Below are positions 27,417-37,245 of a stretch of 64,000 bases of DNA, in pieces. Within the stretch, counting starts at the first letter, position 1. Each line of letters begins with the position of its first letter. The stretch spans positions 62,001 to 126,000 of the forward strand of contig CAZCME010000007.1 in assembly GCA_964499705.1 (NCBI GenBank), given 5' to 3'. The translations under genes were made by a program, and so were the position numbers. Source of the stretch: an uncultured bacterium (lineage in GTDB: Bacteria; UBA8481). The notes beneath the pieces are model-generated. The model did not search any database, was not told the DNA's origin, and saw nothing but the letters and a program-made list of their open reading frames with translations.

Positions 27417-29735
27417 TCATGCCTTCCAGGACGAAGCCGGCTTTGTCAGGATGATTTCGGAGCCGCGCTCCGAAATCTGTGCATCGCTTACTTCGGGAGG
27501 TTTTGATCCCAGGAGAATCACCTTCACGGGCAGGGCGCCCGTGGTTTCAATCGTCATCGTGGAATCCTCGATCCGACCCCGGAGAGTTCGCCTGCTGCCC
27601 GGCATGTTGCCGTCGCCCTCATCCTCGAAGACGGAACCTTCGAAAGTTTCCTGCGGCGCGACAACCCATTCGAGCGGATCCCATCGGGCGGTGCTCGTGT
27701 GATCCGCCGAAGCCGTCATCGGGATGCATGCTCCGCCGCGCACGAAGAGCGGTATCCTCTCCAGGGGCGCCGCGGCGATGATGGAGCAACCTCCGTCGTA
27801 TCGGTGGCCGGTCCAGAAATCGAACCACGTTCCTAGAGGAAGATAGACCATCCGCTCGACCTGGCCGGGACGCGTGACGGGCGCGACGAGAAGATCGCGG
27901 CCGAGGAGAAACTGATCGTGCATCGTGTACGTCTTCGGATCGTCGGGATAATGCAGGAAGAGCGGGCGCAGGAGCGGCCATCCGGTGCGCGTGGCTTCCT
28001 CCGCAAGGGTGTAGAAGAAGGGCAGCAACCGGTAGCGGAACCGGATCGCGTCGCGAACCACATCCTCATGCCGCGACCCGAACTCCCACGGTTCCTGCCG
28101 GCGGCTTCCTTTCCCCGCGTGGTTGCGCATAAAGGGGTAGAAGGCTCCGAGCCATGTCCAGCGCGCGAGCAGTTCTCCGTCGCAATGCTCGCCGAATCCT
28201 CCGACATCGGCACCCGAGAACGGGACGGCGGAGATCCCGAGATTCAGGATCATGGGAATCGACATCTCGAGATGTTCCCAGGCGCTCGCATTGTCGCCGG
28301 TCCAGACCCAGGCATACTTCTGGATCCCGGCGAATCCCGCGCGCGTCAGGACGAATGGTCTTCGTTCCAGGCGAAAAGCCGACAACGCTTCAAACGTGGA
28401 GCGCGACATGAGGTAGCCGTATATGTTGTGAACTTCCGCATGATAGCGCTCGCCGTGCCGGGAATTCGTCGGAAGCGTGTGGCCTGGAGACTGAAAGACG
28501 GCCGGCTCGTTCATGTCGTTCCAGATGCCGTCGAGGCCGACGTCGAGGTAGAGGCGATGGAGCCCGCCCCACCAGCCGCGGACCTTCTCCTTCGTGAAAT
28601 CCGGGAACGCCGTTTTCCCGGGCCACACTTCCCCTTCGAGTTCCTCGTCGCGCGAATTCCTAACGAACATGTCCAGCACGTGGCCGTTCTCGTAGACCTC
28701 ATACCCCGCTTCCTTCTTCACGCCCGGATCCACGATGGCGACCGTCCTGATGCCGTCTTCCTTCAATTCCCGCAGGAGCTTTTCCGGATCGGGAAAGCGC
28801 GTCGGGGAGAAGGTGAAGACCTTGTAGGCATCCATGTAGTCGATATCGAGCCAGAGCGCGTCGAGAGGAATCCCGCGCCGGCGATACTCGCGCGCGATCG
28901 CGCGGATCGTCGTGTCCGTCGGATAGCTCCACCGGCACTGGTGATAACCCAGCGCCCAGAGAGGAGGCATCGGCGGCCGGCCGACGAGAGCCGCGTAGCG
29001 CCGCAGAACATCCAGCGGATCCGGACCCGGGATGAGATAGAGGTCGAACGTGGGGCCGTCGGTGTGAAAAGAACTGCGATCGGCATGCGTCGATCCCAGG
29101 TCGAAGACCGTCCGCCACGTCTCATCCAGGTACAGGCCGAAGGACTTCCCGTTATCCAGGGCCATGACAAAGGGATGCGACTGGTACAGCGGATCCATGT
29201 TCTCGCTGTGGCGGCTGGCCGGATCCGTGTTCCAGTTCGTCCAGGTCTTCCCCTTCTTGTCGAGAAATCCCGTCCGCTCGCCCAGTCCGAAATAACTTCG
29301 CCCGGCCGGCTCCGCGATTTCCATCGTGAGGCCGCACCCGAGCGGCAAGCCGTCGTTCGTCTCCCCCACGGGATCCCATGACGGAGCGTTGTTCGGGAGA
29401 TCTTTTCTCCTTGGGAGCTCCTTCCACCGCTGCGCCGTCAAACCGGTCGACGCGAATTCCCCGACGGTAATCGTGAAGGGAGCGAGAGAAATACAGAGGT
29501 CGTCCGCTCCGTCGGCGCTCAACCGCCACCCGGCTGCGTCTTCCTTCAACAGAAGGTTGGCAAGGTCGTCGGCGGAAACAGTCCAGCTCCCCTTGTCCGT
29601 ATCCTCGATGCGATGCCACACGAGGACACGCCAGATTCCGTCCGCGCGCGCATGGATCCGTGCCTGGAATCTCGAAGAGGAAAGATGGGCGACCCGATCA
29701 ATCACCGAAACCGCATCGAACCGAATCAGATCCAT
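27417..29735 (-). CDS. Glycoside hydrolase family 31 (alpha-glucosidase)
   Basis: GYHQCRWSY, WLDIDYM, GIWNDMNEP, WTGDN, GADVGGF. Confidence 0.93.
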   Translation of the reverse strand: MDLIRFDAVSVIDRVAHLSSSRFQARIHARADGIWRVLVWHRIEDTDKGSWTVSADDLANLLLKEDAAGWRLSADGADDLCISLAPFTITVGEFASTGLTAQRWKELPRRKDLPNNAPSWDPVGETNDGLPLGCGLTMEIAEPAGRSYFGLGERTGFLDKKGKTWTNWNTDPASRHSENMDPLYQSHPFVMALDNGKSFGLYLDETWRTVFDLGSTHADRSSFHTDGPTFDLYLIPGPDPLDVLRRYAALVGRPPMPPLWALGYHQCRWSYPTDTTIRAIAREYRRRGIPLDALWLDIDYMDAYKVFTFSPTRFPDPEKLLRELKEDGIRTVAIVDPGVKKEAGYEVYENGHVLDMFVRNSRDEELEGEVWPGKTAFPDFTKEKVRGWWGGLHRLYLDVGLDGIWNDMNEPAVFQSPGHTLPTNSRHGERYHAEVHNIYGYLMSRSTFEALSAFRLERRPFVLTRAGFAGIQKYAWVWTGDNASAWEHLEMSIPMILNLGISAVPFSGADVGGFGEHCDGELLARWTWLGAFYPFMRNHAGKGSRRQEPWEFGSRHEDVVRDAIRFRYRLLPFFYTLAEEATRTGWPLLRPLFLHYPDDPKTYTMHDQFLLGRDLLVAPVTRPGQVERMVYLPLGTWFDFWTGHRYDGGCSIIAAAPLERIPLFVRGGACIPMTASADHTSTARWDPLEWVVAPQETFEGSVFEDEGDGNMPGSRRTLRGRIEDSTMTIETTGALPVKVILLGSKPPEVSDAQISERGSEIILTKPASSWKA

Positions 29736-29753
29736 CGCGGCGATTCTCCATTC

Positions 29754-29772
29754 GAAATGTGAAATGTGAAAT
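29754..29772. repeat. 7-nt tandem tract (GAAATGT)
   Basis: GAAATGT GAAATGT GAAAT. Confidence 0.55.
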
Positions 29773-29793
29773 CAATCATCCCATGTGCATCCT

Positions 29794-30462
29794 TCATATT
29801 CCCTTGCCTCCATCAACGCGGATCTCCGCTCCCGTCATGAAGGAATTCGTCAGGCAATCCCTGATCGCCGGCAGTATATGACTCGGACTCCCGATCATGT
29901 TCATGGGGTGAGCCTCCCTGATGCGCTCCAACGTCGCGGAACTTGTTCCTTCCGGAGGCAGGATCGTGCCGGGCGAGACCATGTTGACGCGGATCCGCGG
30001 AGCAAGCTCCAGGGCCAGGGTTTCCACCAACGGCCGGAGCGCCGCCTTGGAGACGAGATACGGGAGGTAGTTCAGATGCGGCCGCGCCGTCGCTCCATCG
30101 CCGATGATGACCACGGATCCTGTCTCGATCCTCGTCGCGGCATACATGGTGATGAGAAATGCGGATCGCAGGTTCGTCGACATCATGTCGTCCCAGTCGC
30201 TCGGTATCAGCTCGTCGAAAGGCGTGCGGCGGAACTGCGACGCGGATATCACGACGGCGTCGAGCCCCTTGAGGACCTTGACCGCGCGATCCACGATAAG
30301 GCGGCAACCTTCCGCCTCCCGGAGATCGCCGTCGATGCGCACGGACCTGTAGACGAGCGCGCCGGCGGATTCGAGATCGTCCGCGATCACCTTCCCGACG
30401 CGTTTCGCGCCTCCCGTCACCAGGATGCGCATGGATTTGAGGATGGTCATCCGCGGGAGCAT
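29794..30462 (-). CDS. SDR oxidoreductase, pteridine reductase/FolM-like; exact start uncertain
   Basis: TGGAKRVG, YLVSK, ELAPRIRVN..PG, VDGG. Confidence 0.8.
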   Translation of the reverse strand: MLPRMTILKSMRILVTGGAKRVGKVIADDLESAGALVYRSVRIDGDLREAEGCRLIVDRAVKVLKGLDAVVISASQFRRTPFDELIPSDWDDMMSTNLRSAFLITMYAATRIETGSVVIIGDGATARPHLNYLPYLVSKAALRPLVETLALELAPRIRVNMVSPGTILPPEGTSSATLERIREAHPMNMIGSPSHILPAIRDCLTNSFMTGAEIRVDGGKGI

Positions 30463-30545
30463 ACATCAGGCACCCGGGAACTCAAAAGCGATTCAAAATC
30501 CGCCGAGAAAACCTCTTCGCCTGTCCGAACCACGCCCGATCGGTA

Positions 30546-32120
30546 TCAGAATCGCTCCTCGCACGCGAAGAAATCGAAGTCCGCGTGAACGGAACGGCGC
30601 GAGCGATCGACACAGAAGAGACCGGCGAACGTTCCGGTAAATCCTCCGCAGGCATCGTCCGACAGGCGGCCCGTGTCGCAATCAGGACCGATTTGCATCC
30701 ATGTTTCGCCGTCTTCCGAGATCAGGAACCGAAGAGACGCGTGATCGATCACGGCGCGCAGGTGGACAACGCGATCACTCCCGCCGACCAACCTTTCTCC
30801 TTCGATCATCTCCTCCGCACCTTCAAAGCACGTTGCCAGAATGGGTATCACGACGCCCTGATCGTTCTTCGAAAGAGCAAGGGCGCAGTGATTCTTCGTA
30901 TCGTAGTAGAGCGCCAGGCCCGCGGACTGCTGATGATTTTCCGGAGAAAATTCCATCTTCGCGGTCACGCGGCTTTTCAGCGATGAAAGCCGCCGCGCCA
31001 CCATCGAGACGCCCTGCGGCGACCTGAGCGATGCGCCTCCACGGAGTCGAAGCCAGCCGGGGCGAATCGAAAGCGAACATCGATCGTCCTCGAGCGGAGT
31101 CCTCAGCACGTCGTACTCCGCGGAGAGTTCCGCGATCTCGAAATCGTCGCGTGTTTCCCGCGACATTCCTGTCGCGGCGGACGAAACGGCGATCGGCACT
31201 TCGACCCTCGGATGCCGGCCCTCCTCGTGAAGTTCCGGCCAGCCGTCGTCCGACCATCGCAATCTCTGGAGGCATGTTTCGCGACCGAGCGGACAACGGC
31301 CTCGCGACGAAAGCGGACGGGAGGCCAGATGCGCCATGTACCACGAGCCGTCGGGATTCTCCATGAAAGACGCGTGCCCTGCTTTCTGCAACGGCAAGGA
31401 GGGATCGTCGCGGGATGTCAGGATCGGAGAACGCGGATGAACGTCGTAGGGTCCGCGCAGGAAGCGCGAGCGCGCGACCGTCACCGCGTGCTCGTAGGAG
31501 GTTCCTCCCTCGGCGGTGACGAGATAGTACCATCCCTGGCGCTTGTAGAGGCGGGGACCTTCCGTCGAACCCAGCGAAGTCCCTCCGAAGATGACGGCTG
31601 CCTCGCCGACGAGAGTGCTTGTGGAGATATCGTACTCCTGCAGGACAATCCCGGCGAACGGATTCCGGTCCAGGCGGCCATCCCAGATCATATTCAGCAG
31701 CCAGCTTCTTCCATCCTCATCGTGAAAGAGCGATGGATCGAAACCGCTCGCGTTCAGGAACACCGGCTCCGACCATTCCCCATCGATCCGGTCGCACGTC
31801 ACGACAAAGTTCGGCGTGTCGAACGGACCACCACGCGGAGACCAATGCGCGACATTGGTGTAGACGAGATGGAAGAGGCCGTTCTTCCACGACAGATCCG
31901 GAGCCCATACTCCGCCGGAATCCGGAACGCCCGACAGATCGAGCTGCGATCGCCTCCTCAACGGCTTGGACGCGAGGCGCCAGCAAACCAAGTCGCGGGA
32001 ATGATAAATCCGCACGCCCGGGTACCACTGGAACGTGGAGACGGCGATGTAGTAGTCGTCCCCGACCCGCAGGAGACAAGGATCCGGATGAAAGCCCGGC
32101 AGTATCGGGTTTCTTACCGT
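30546..32120 (-). CDS. Glycoside hydrolase family 43 (beta-xylosidase type) with C-terminal beta-sandwich; no canonical start codon upstream of the conserved N-terminus
   Basis: In-frame VRNPILPGFHPDPC..DDYYIAVSTFQWYPG upstream of the ORF-track GTG at 32015; GVWAP, GFDPSLF, TEGP, AEGGT, AGHAS, GRET. Confidence 0.88.
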   Translation of the reverse strand, partial: TVRNPILPGFHPDPCLLRVGDDYYIAVSTFQWYPGVRIYHSRDLVCWRLASKPLRRRSQLDLSGVPDSGGVWAPDLSWKNGLFHLVYTNVAHWSPRGGPFDTPNFVVTCDRIDGEWSEPVFLNASGFDPSLFHDEDGRSWLLNMIWDGRLDRNPFAGIVLQEYDISTSTLVGEAAVIFGGTSLGSTEGPRLYKRQGWYYLVTAEGGTSYEHAVTVARSRFLRGPYDVHPRSPILTSRDDPSLPLQKAGHASFMENPDGSWYMAHLASRPLSSRGRCPLGRETCLQRLRWSDDGWPELHEEGRHPRVEVPIAVSSAATGMSRETRDDFEIAELSAEYDVLRTPLEDDRCSLSIRPGWLRLRGGASLRSPQGVSMVARRLSSLKSRVTAKMEFSPENHQQSAGLALYYDTKNHCALALSKNDQGVVIPILATCFEGAEEMIEGERLVGGSDRVVHLRAVIDHASLRFLISEDGETWMQIGPDCDTGRLSDDACGGFTGTFAGLFCVDRSRRSVHADFDFFACEERF

Positions 32121-32157
32121 GCGTTCGCTCGATGCCGGGCGTTCGTGCCCGGACTCG

Positions 32158-32871
32158 TCAGAATTCGTAGCGGATATCGTCGAGGTAGAAAATCACTTTC
32201 TGGCCGGTGTTCTGCTTGGAATCGACGGCCCACATGAATCCGAAAACGACGCGCTGCATATTATCCGCGACCGGGATCTCGAATTCCTGCCAGACCTTCG
32301 TCAGCTTGATGTTCGGAACTTCCTTCTTGCCCGTGTCTCCGAACTTGCCGTTGCATCCGCCGAATCCGAACTTCAATGTCTCGCCGCCGTTCTCGCCGCG
32401 CGCCCAGAATTTCAGCGTCTTGGCATTCTTGAGATTGTAGCCGGCTCCGTCGACATCGCCGTTCCAGTTGTTCTCCGGATCCTGCCAGTACGCCCCCGCC
32501 CATCCGTCCTTCTTCTGCGCCAGGTCATACGTCCACTTCATGCAGGTCGTGCCAGAATGGGGCTGAGTTGTCGAACCGGGATCCACGGTGATCGCGGTGA
32601 CGTCGCCCATGTGGCCGGCCGGGATGAAATGATTCGACGGGTCTTCGAGATCCTTGTAGACAAAGAAAGCCGGGCCCTCTTCCGGAGCCTTGAATCCGGC
32701 GGTCGATTCCTCCGCGGCGGGAGCGGTCTGCTCGGGCGCCGTCGCCGGAGCCGGCGCTTCGGCAGCGGGCTTTTCCGCCGCGGGCGCAGGAGCCTCCGTC
32801 TTGCCGCAGGCCGCGATGCCTGCCACGAATACCAATGCTGCTCCAAGGCAGCTATTCCATTTCCTCGTCAT
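32158..32871 (-). CDS. Lipoprotein with a galactose-binding-like (CBM11-like) carbohydrate-binding domain
   Basis: IAAC lipobox; Ala/Pro linker; GWAGAYWQ, LKFWARGENGGE, LTKVWQEFEI, FYLDDIRYE. Confidence 0.7.
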   Translation of the reverse strand: MTRKWNSCLGAALVFVAGIAACGKTEAPAPAAEKPAAEAPAPATAPEQTAPAAEESTAGFKAPEEGPAFFVYKDLEDPSNHFIPAGHMGDVTAITVDPGSTTQPHSGTTCMKWTYDLAQKKDGWAGAYWQDPENNWNGDVDGAGYNLKNAKTLKFWARGENGGETLKFGFGGCNGKFGDTGKKEVPNIKLTKVWQEFEIPVADNMQRVVFGFMWAVDSKQNTGQKVIFYLDDIRYEF

Positions 32872-32950
32872 CTTCGACCTCCCGATCTGCTCAGTTCTTT
32901 CGCTCTAATGCAGGCCTGCAGGGCAGGCGCAATCGTTTGCACGAGCATTC

Positions 32951-32979
32951 AATCTAGTTTGCGTCTATGACACTGTCAA
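32951..32979 (-). promoter_or_regulatory. Putative sigma70 promoter of the CBM lipoprotein-GH43 unit
   Basis: TTGACA-N17-TAGATT on the minus strand. Confidence 0.6.
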
Positions 32980-32984
32980 CGGAT

Positions 32985-34562
32985 TTACGCACGCAGACGG
33001 GCCAGGCGCGTAACGGCGTCGGCGTATTCGAACTCGCGCGCGACCAGCTCCTCCAGTCGCTGCACCGCCTCCGCCTTCAGTCCCGCCGACTCCGCGAGCA
33101 CGCCCGCCGTATAGGACATTTCCGCCCAGACATTCCGCCCCACCTTGTCCGCCTCGGATAGCGTCGCCTCGATCCGGCGATACATCTGCTCCTGCGCCGC
33201 CTTCGGTTCCGACATCACCATCTGCGCGAGGGCGACGAGGCTCTTCCAACGGAGCGGTGTCGCGACGAGATCCTCCAGGTGCGGACGCGCTTCCCGGCTT
33301 CTCCCCACCGCGATGAGATCCTCCGCCATCATCAGCCGGTACGGATCGCCCGGAAATCCGCGCACGGGACCGACGTCGATGAGGAGCTCCAGCAGCGGGA
33401 TGCGCTTTTCCATGTTCCCCTGGACAAAAGTGTTCGCCCGCGCGATCACGGTGTCGGTGCAGAGCCGATCCATCTGGAACGCCTTCCGGAAACAGTCCGC
33501 CGCTTTCTGCGTCGCGCCCAGCGTGAGATAGCTCGACCCGGCCTCGATTCTCTGCGCGGACGCGCATGATCCCGTCGCCAGCTCGTCCAGCGCGGATTCG
33601 ATCCCCGCGTGATCATCGCCTTCCTCGAACATTCTCCGTACAAGCGCGAAGCCCGCGTCGAGATCTCCGAGGGTCCACGCGTCTCTCAGGCAGGATCGAC
33701 TCTCCGCGCGATCTCCCAACGCCAACGCCATGTCCGAAACGCGGCGGACATACCAGCTCTCGCCCGGATGAATTCCGCTCCATCTCGCATACAGATCTTT
33801 CGCCATCGCCCAATCCTGCTGCGCTTCCGCGATCCTCACACGCTCCCCGATCGCCCACTCTTCGCCGGGCGAGGCGGCCAGGATGGAGTCGAGCAACCGA
33901 AGCGAATCGGCATAGCGCGACGTCTGCAGCGCCAGCCATGCCCTGGACGTGGCAGGCAGCCGCTCATCATCGATGATCGAAGCCAGGAGCGATTCCTGCA
34001 GGGGTGGCGGTTGGCTCTGGAGGTGGTGCAGCGCATATTCCAGCTCGCCGCCCATGATATAGCTTCGCGTGATGCGCTCGTGCGGCTCGGCCTCTTCAGG
34101 CGCATGCTGAATCCAGAGCGACAGCATTTCCCGCATGACCGCCTGATCGCCCGCCCGCTCGGCTTCGCGGCTCCGCGCATCAAAATAGGCCGCCCTCAAT
34201 TCCCACTTCACATCCGCGCCGGAAATGTTCGCGAGGGAAGGCGGCGTCGTGCCCGCCGCAAGGGCCGCCGCGGCAAGTCGGATTCGCTCCTCGACACGCG
34301 TGACCGAGCGGGCGAATTGCTCGTGCACTTTCAGAGCCCCATCCACATCTCCCTGTTCCAGAAGGTTCGTGAAGATCCGGTCCCGCGCCGGAACGAAACG
34401 ATCCTCCAGTTCCGCCAGCTTCTTCTTCACCCCGGGAATTGATTGCCGCTCCGTCAGGGCTGCGAGCGCCGCGCGGGCACACAGCAATTCCTCGACGCCG
34501 CCCCCAGTCTCGATCGTTTCAACGGCTGAGGCCGCCTTGCCCCACGGCAAAAGTCTGATCAT
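32985..34562 (-). CDS. Hypothetical TPR-like helical repeat protein
   Basis: Repeated helical Ala/Leu-rich segments with TPR-like patterns; C-terminal EYADAVTRLARL. Confidence 0.6.
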   Translation of the reverse strand: MIRLLPWGKAASAVETIETGGGVEELLCARAALAALTERQSIPGVKKKLAELEDRFVPARDRIFTNLLEQGDVDGALKVHEQFARSVTRVEERIRLAAAALAAGTTPPSLANISGADVKWELRAAYFDARSREAERAGDQAVMREMLSLWIQHAPEEAEPHERITRSYIMGGELEYALHHLQSQPPPLQESLLASIIDDERLPATSRAWLALQTSRYADSLRLLDSILAASPGEEWAIGERVRIAEAQQDWAMAKDLYARWSGIHPGESWYVRRVSDMALALGDRAESRSCLRDAWTLGDLDAGFALVRRMFEEGDDHAGIESALDELATGSCASAQRIEAGSSYLTLGATQKAADCFRKAFQMDRLCTDTVIARANTFVQGNMEKRIPLLELLIDVGPVRGFPGDPYRLMMAEDLIAVGRSREARPHLEDLVATPLRWKSLVALAQMVMSEPKAAQEQMYRRIEATLSEADKVGRNVWAEMSYTAGVLAESAGLKAEAVQRLEELVAREFEYADAVTRLARLRA

Positions 34563-34630
34563 GAAAATCCATCCATGCCGCGCATTCTATGAGAGCACGC
34601 CGCCGATGGAAACGGGGAAGAACCTCGGAT

Positions 34631-34790
34631 AGACGTCCCCCATCCGATGGCGGGAAATATAACAGGATGGGCAGGATGGGCAGGATTTATGAGGAATGAA
34701 AACCACTTCCTGATAACAGGACTAAATTGCCTTCTATTCCACCCTGGCTCGATCCTGCCTATCCTGTTTATCCTGTTAATATTTTTTGAT
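34631..34790 (-). repeat. ~160-bp dispersed intergenic element, copy 2 (inverted relative to copy 1)
   Basis: taacaggatgggcaggatgggcaggat...atcctgcctatcctgtttatcctgtta. Confidence 0.85.
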
Positions 34791-34910
34791 GGGAAGTTCT
34801 GAACCTCCAAGCGCGGCGTTGGCATCCTGATTTCGGCCGCTCATCAGGAATGCCGTCGAGCAAGCCGCCCCAACGGAGAAAAGAAGGCGGAATTCCAGCT
34901 CAAGCCGGGG

Positions 34911-35522
34911 ATGAATTCCGCCGATTACAAAGTTATGCAAACCCTCGCATCTCCCCGCGATATCCTCGATTCCATCCTGACGGCCAGACGTGTCGACGAG
35001 CAGGCGCGCCTGGCTGAAAAAATGGGCGCCGGCGGCGCCCTGAGGAATCAACGCTATTCGATGGAGCAGGTGACGCAAATGGAGCTGGCCGAGAAGCTCC
35101 GACCCGAGCAGGCGATCATGAACATGATGGATTTCAATCGCGACGCGGCAGAGGAACGCCGCCTCGGCCGGAAACGAACGTCCGCCTTCGACGATCTCAT
35201 CGCCGCCAAGGTCGCCTCGACGGTCGGGCCGCTGTATGCATCGGAGTCGGGTCCGAAGCTGGATGTCCTCTCAAGCGATCCCTTCTCCCCGGCCGATGCT
35301 GTGACAAGAATGCAGCCCCGCATCAGCAAGCAGGCGATCACCACGCTGGAAGCGGCTGGTTTCTCGATGGAGCTCTTCACGAATCCCTCGACGGATCCGC
35401 TCACGATGCTTTTCAACCAGATGAGCGAACCGGCGAACAACACGCCGAATTTGAAAAGCTCCGCGCGGGAACTGGACCGGAAGGTAGCACTGGAAAGTTT
35501 CCGCCGACGGGGATATTATTAG
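34911..35522 (+). CDS. Hypothetical protein immediately upstream of tmRNA
   Basis: 203-aa ORF with protein-like composition filling the gap; no recognised motif. Confidence 0.55.
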   Translation: MNSADYKVMQTLASPRDILDSILTARRVDEQARLAEKMGAGGALRNQRYSMEQVTQMELAEKLRPEQAIMNMMDFNRDAAEERRLGRKRTSAFDDLIAAKVASTVGPLYASESGPKLDVLSSDPFSPADAVTRMQPRISKQAITTLEAAGFSMELFTNPSTDPLTMLFNQMSEPANNTPNLKSSARELDRKVALESFRRRGYY

Positions 35523-35533
35523 GTCAGCACACC

Positions 35534-35879
35534 GGGGGCGCACAGGTATCGACGGTGGTTTGGTCTTTCAGGTGGCGCGCCGGGGAAGTCCGGTACCCCC
35601 GTTATCAAATCCGGACAAACTATTAAACGCCAACCAAGAATTGGCTCTAGCCGCGTAAGCGGCGGTTCCGGCTGCGACGTCCGCTAGCGGACGGGACCTA
35701 CAAAGCGGGCTGGCCGAATGTCCTGTCTGGGGGCAAACGGCGAGGTCTTCACCCGGGCTTGGCCGCCGGAGTCGCCCGTTCGTGGGCGTGTCCGGGGCGA
35801 GATCCAAATTCGCGAACTACGCGCGTAGATGACTGACGGATCGGCTTTCCGGACGCGGGTTCGATTCCCGCCGCCTCCA
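35534..35879 (+). ncRNA. ssrA: tmRNA; tag peptide ANQELALAA* at 35629-35658
   Basis: 5' GGGGGCG..GGTATCGAC; tag ORF ending ALAA-TAA; 3' GGACGCGGGTTCGATTCCCGCCGCCTCCA. Confidence 0.96.
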
Positions 35880-35963
35880 GAACGAAGTGAGGGAGAAACG
35901 AATGTCGCGCGGCAGGATGCCGCGCAGCCGATGGGAATCAAGGATCGCCCGGAGCGATCCGTC

Positions 35964-35978
35964 TTCCCGCCGCCTCCA
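35964..35978 (+). repeat. 15-bp direct repeat of the tmRNA 3' end (att-like)
   Basis: ttcccgccgcctcca at 35865-35879 and at 35964-35978. Confidence 0.8.
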
Positions 35979-36051
35979 TTTGGGCCATCACCTCCAGCTA
36001 TTCAGCGGCAAGGAAGGTGAAGCTGGAGGGCTCGGTCACGACCTATGATCG

Positions 36052-37245
36052 CTACTTCGAGAGAAAGCCATGAACCTTTCCCTTCGGCATAGTTTTGACT
36101 CTCTTGAAGAACTCGGTCTCCGTAATCTGAGTGGCCCAGTCCATATTGATGGTGAGCAGATATTCTCCGTCCTCAGGCAGCTTTTTAAACCGAACCGCTT
36201 GCAGCCTTATCAGGTAATTGAGGTCCCGGATCAGCGCTTTAAATGGATTCTTGACCGTATAGAAGTGGCGCGTCTTTTCGGTAAGTATGCTTAACGTCAT
36301 CTCCTCCTCGGCCAGGAGGAGGTTGAGCAGTTGAAGATGCCGCTCGCTCATCACGCGCTTGCGCGGCGACTTCATGCGAACGAAAAGGTCGGTCATCGTG
36401 TTTCTGAAGAGCGCCTTCGCGACATGCTGCCGGATCTCGGCGAAGAGCCTTCGGCATTGACTCTCGATTCCCTTGAGGCCGAACTTAAGAAACGGAGTCA
36501 GATCGTGTTCTCCGGTTCGCGTGTCATTGAGGATATTCAGGTACGCGGTTATGTTCTCGTAGTAGTAATTGGACATGGCGATGAAGAGCGTGTCGCGCAG
36601 ACCTGTCCGCTGAAGCATGAGAGCTTCCAAGGCACGGGCGGTGCGTCCGTTTCCATCGATGAACGGATGCATGGCGGCGAAGTGATAGTGGAGCGTCAGC
36701 GCTTGAATGAGAGGATCGTGGGCTCGAAATGATGTCTGGACGGATTCCGCAAGCTGACGCATGGCCTCGGCGCAGTGCTCGCCCCCTTCGACGCCGCGAT
36801 GGCGAGGCGCCCCGAAGGTGACGTTCTCGTCCGGAGCACGCAACTGACCCGGAACACAATGGTCGTCATCGCATCCGGTGACCAGCCGACGGTGGACGTC
36901 TCGAATCAAATTCTGATCGATCGGAAAATCGGTCGGAAGCGTGGCGATCCAACGATAGGTCGCCACAGCAGCGGCGGCCTGTTTCTGCGAGCGCGTTTCC
37001 AATTGTTCCGGTGTCTCGCGCATGGCCGCGTCAAGTTCGCGCTCCGTAAACTCCGCGCCCTCGATCCGTGAGGTTCCCGCCACTTCGCGTTTGAGCTGAA
37101 CCTCCTGGAGCTTGTCCGCCCAACTCCGTTGAACGGGCATCTGCATCATCGCAAGGAGCGCGGCCTTGGCGTTCATGAGTTCCGTGAAGATCGCCTGATG
37201 ATCGTACCGGATCCAAGCCTCCGGCAAGGCATATCGAATCACCAC
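36052..37245 (-). CDS. Fic-domain protein with probable C-terminal wHTH; start uncertain (GTG at 37245/37242; the ORF is open to 37419)
   Basis: TSRIEG; HPFIDGNGRTAR Fic motif. Confidence 0.88.
   Translation of the reverse strand: MVIRYALPEAWIRYDHQAIFTELMNAKAALLAMMQMPVQRSWADKLQEVQLKREVAGTSRIEGAEFTERELDAAMRETPEQLETRSQKQAAAAVATYRWIATLPTDFPIDQNLIRDVHRRLVTGCDDDHCVPGQLRAPDENVTFGAPRHRGVEGGEHCAEAMRQLAESVQTSFRAHDPLIQALTLHYHFAAMHPFIDGNGRTARALEALMLQRTGLRDTLFIAMSNYYYENITAYLNILNDTRTGEHDLTPFLKFGLKGIESQCRRLFAEIRQHVAKALFRNTMTDLFVRMKSPRKRVMSERHLQLLNLLLAEEEMTLSILTEKTRHFYTVKNPFKALIRDLNYLIRLQAVRFKKLPEDGEYLLTINMDWATQITETEFFKRVKTMPKGKVHGFLSK

Noticed and set aside
23699-34790. CAGGAT repeats as a possible CRISPR array
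   Set aside because: No repeat-spacer periodicity and no cas genes; they are inverted 9-mer arms.
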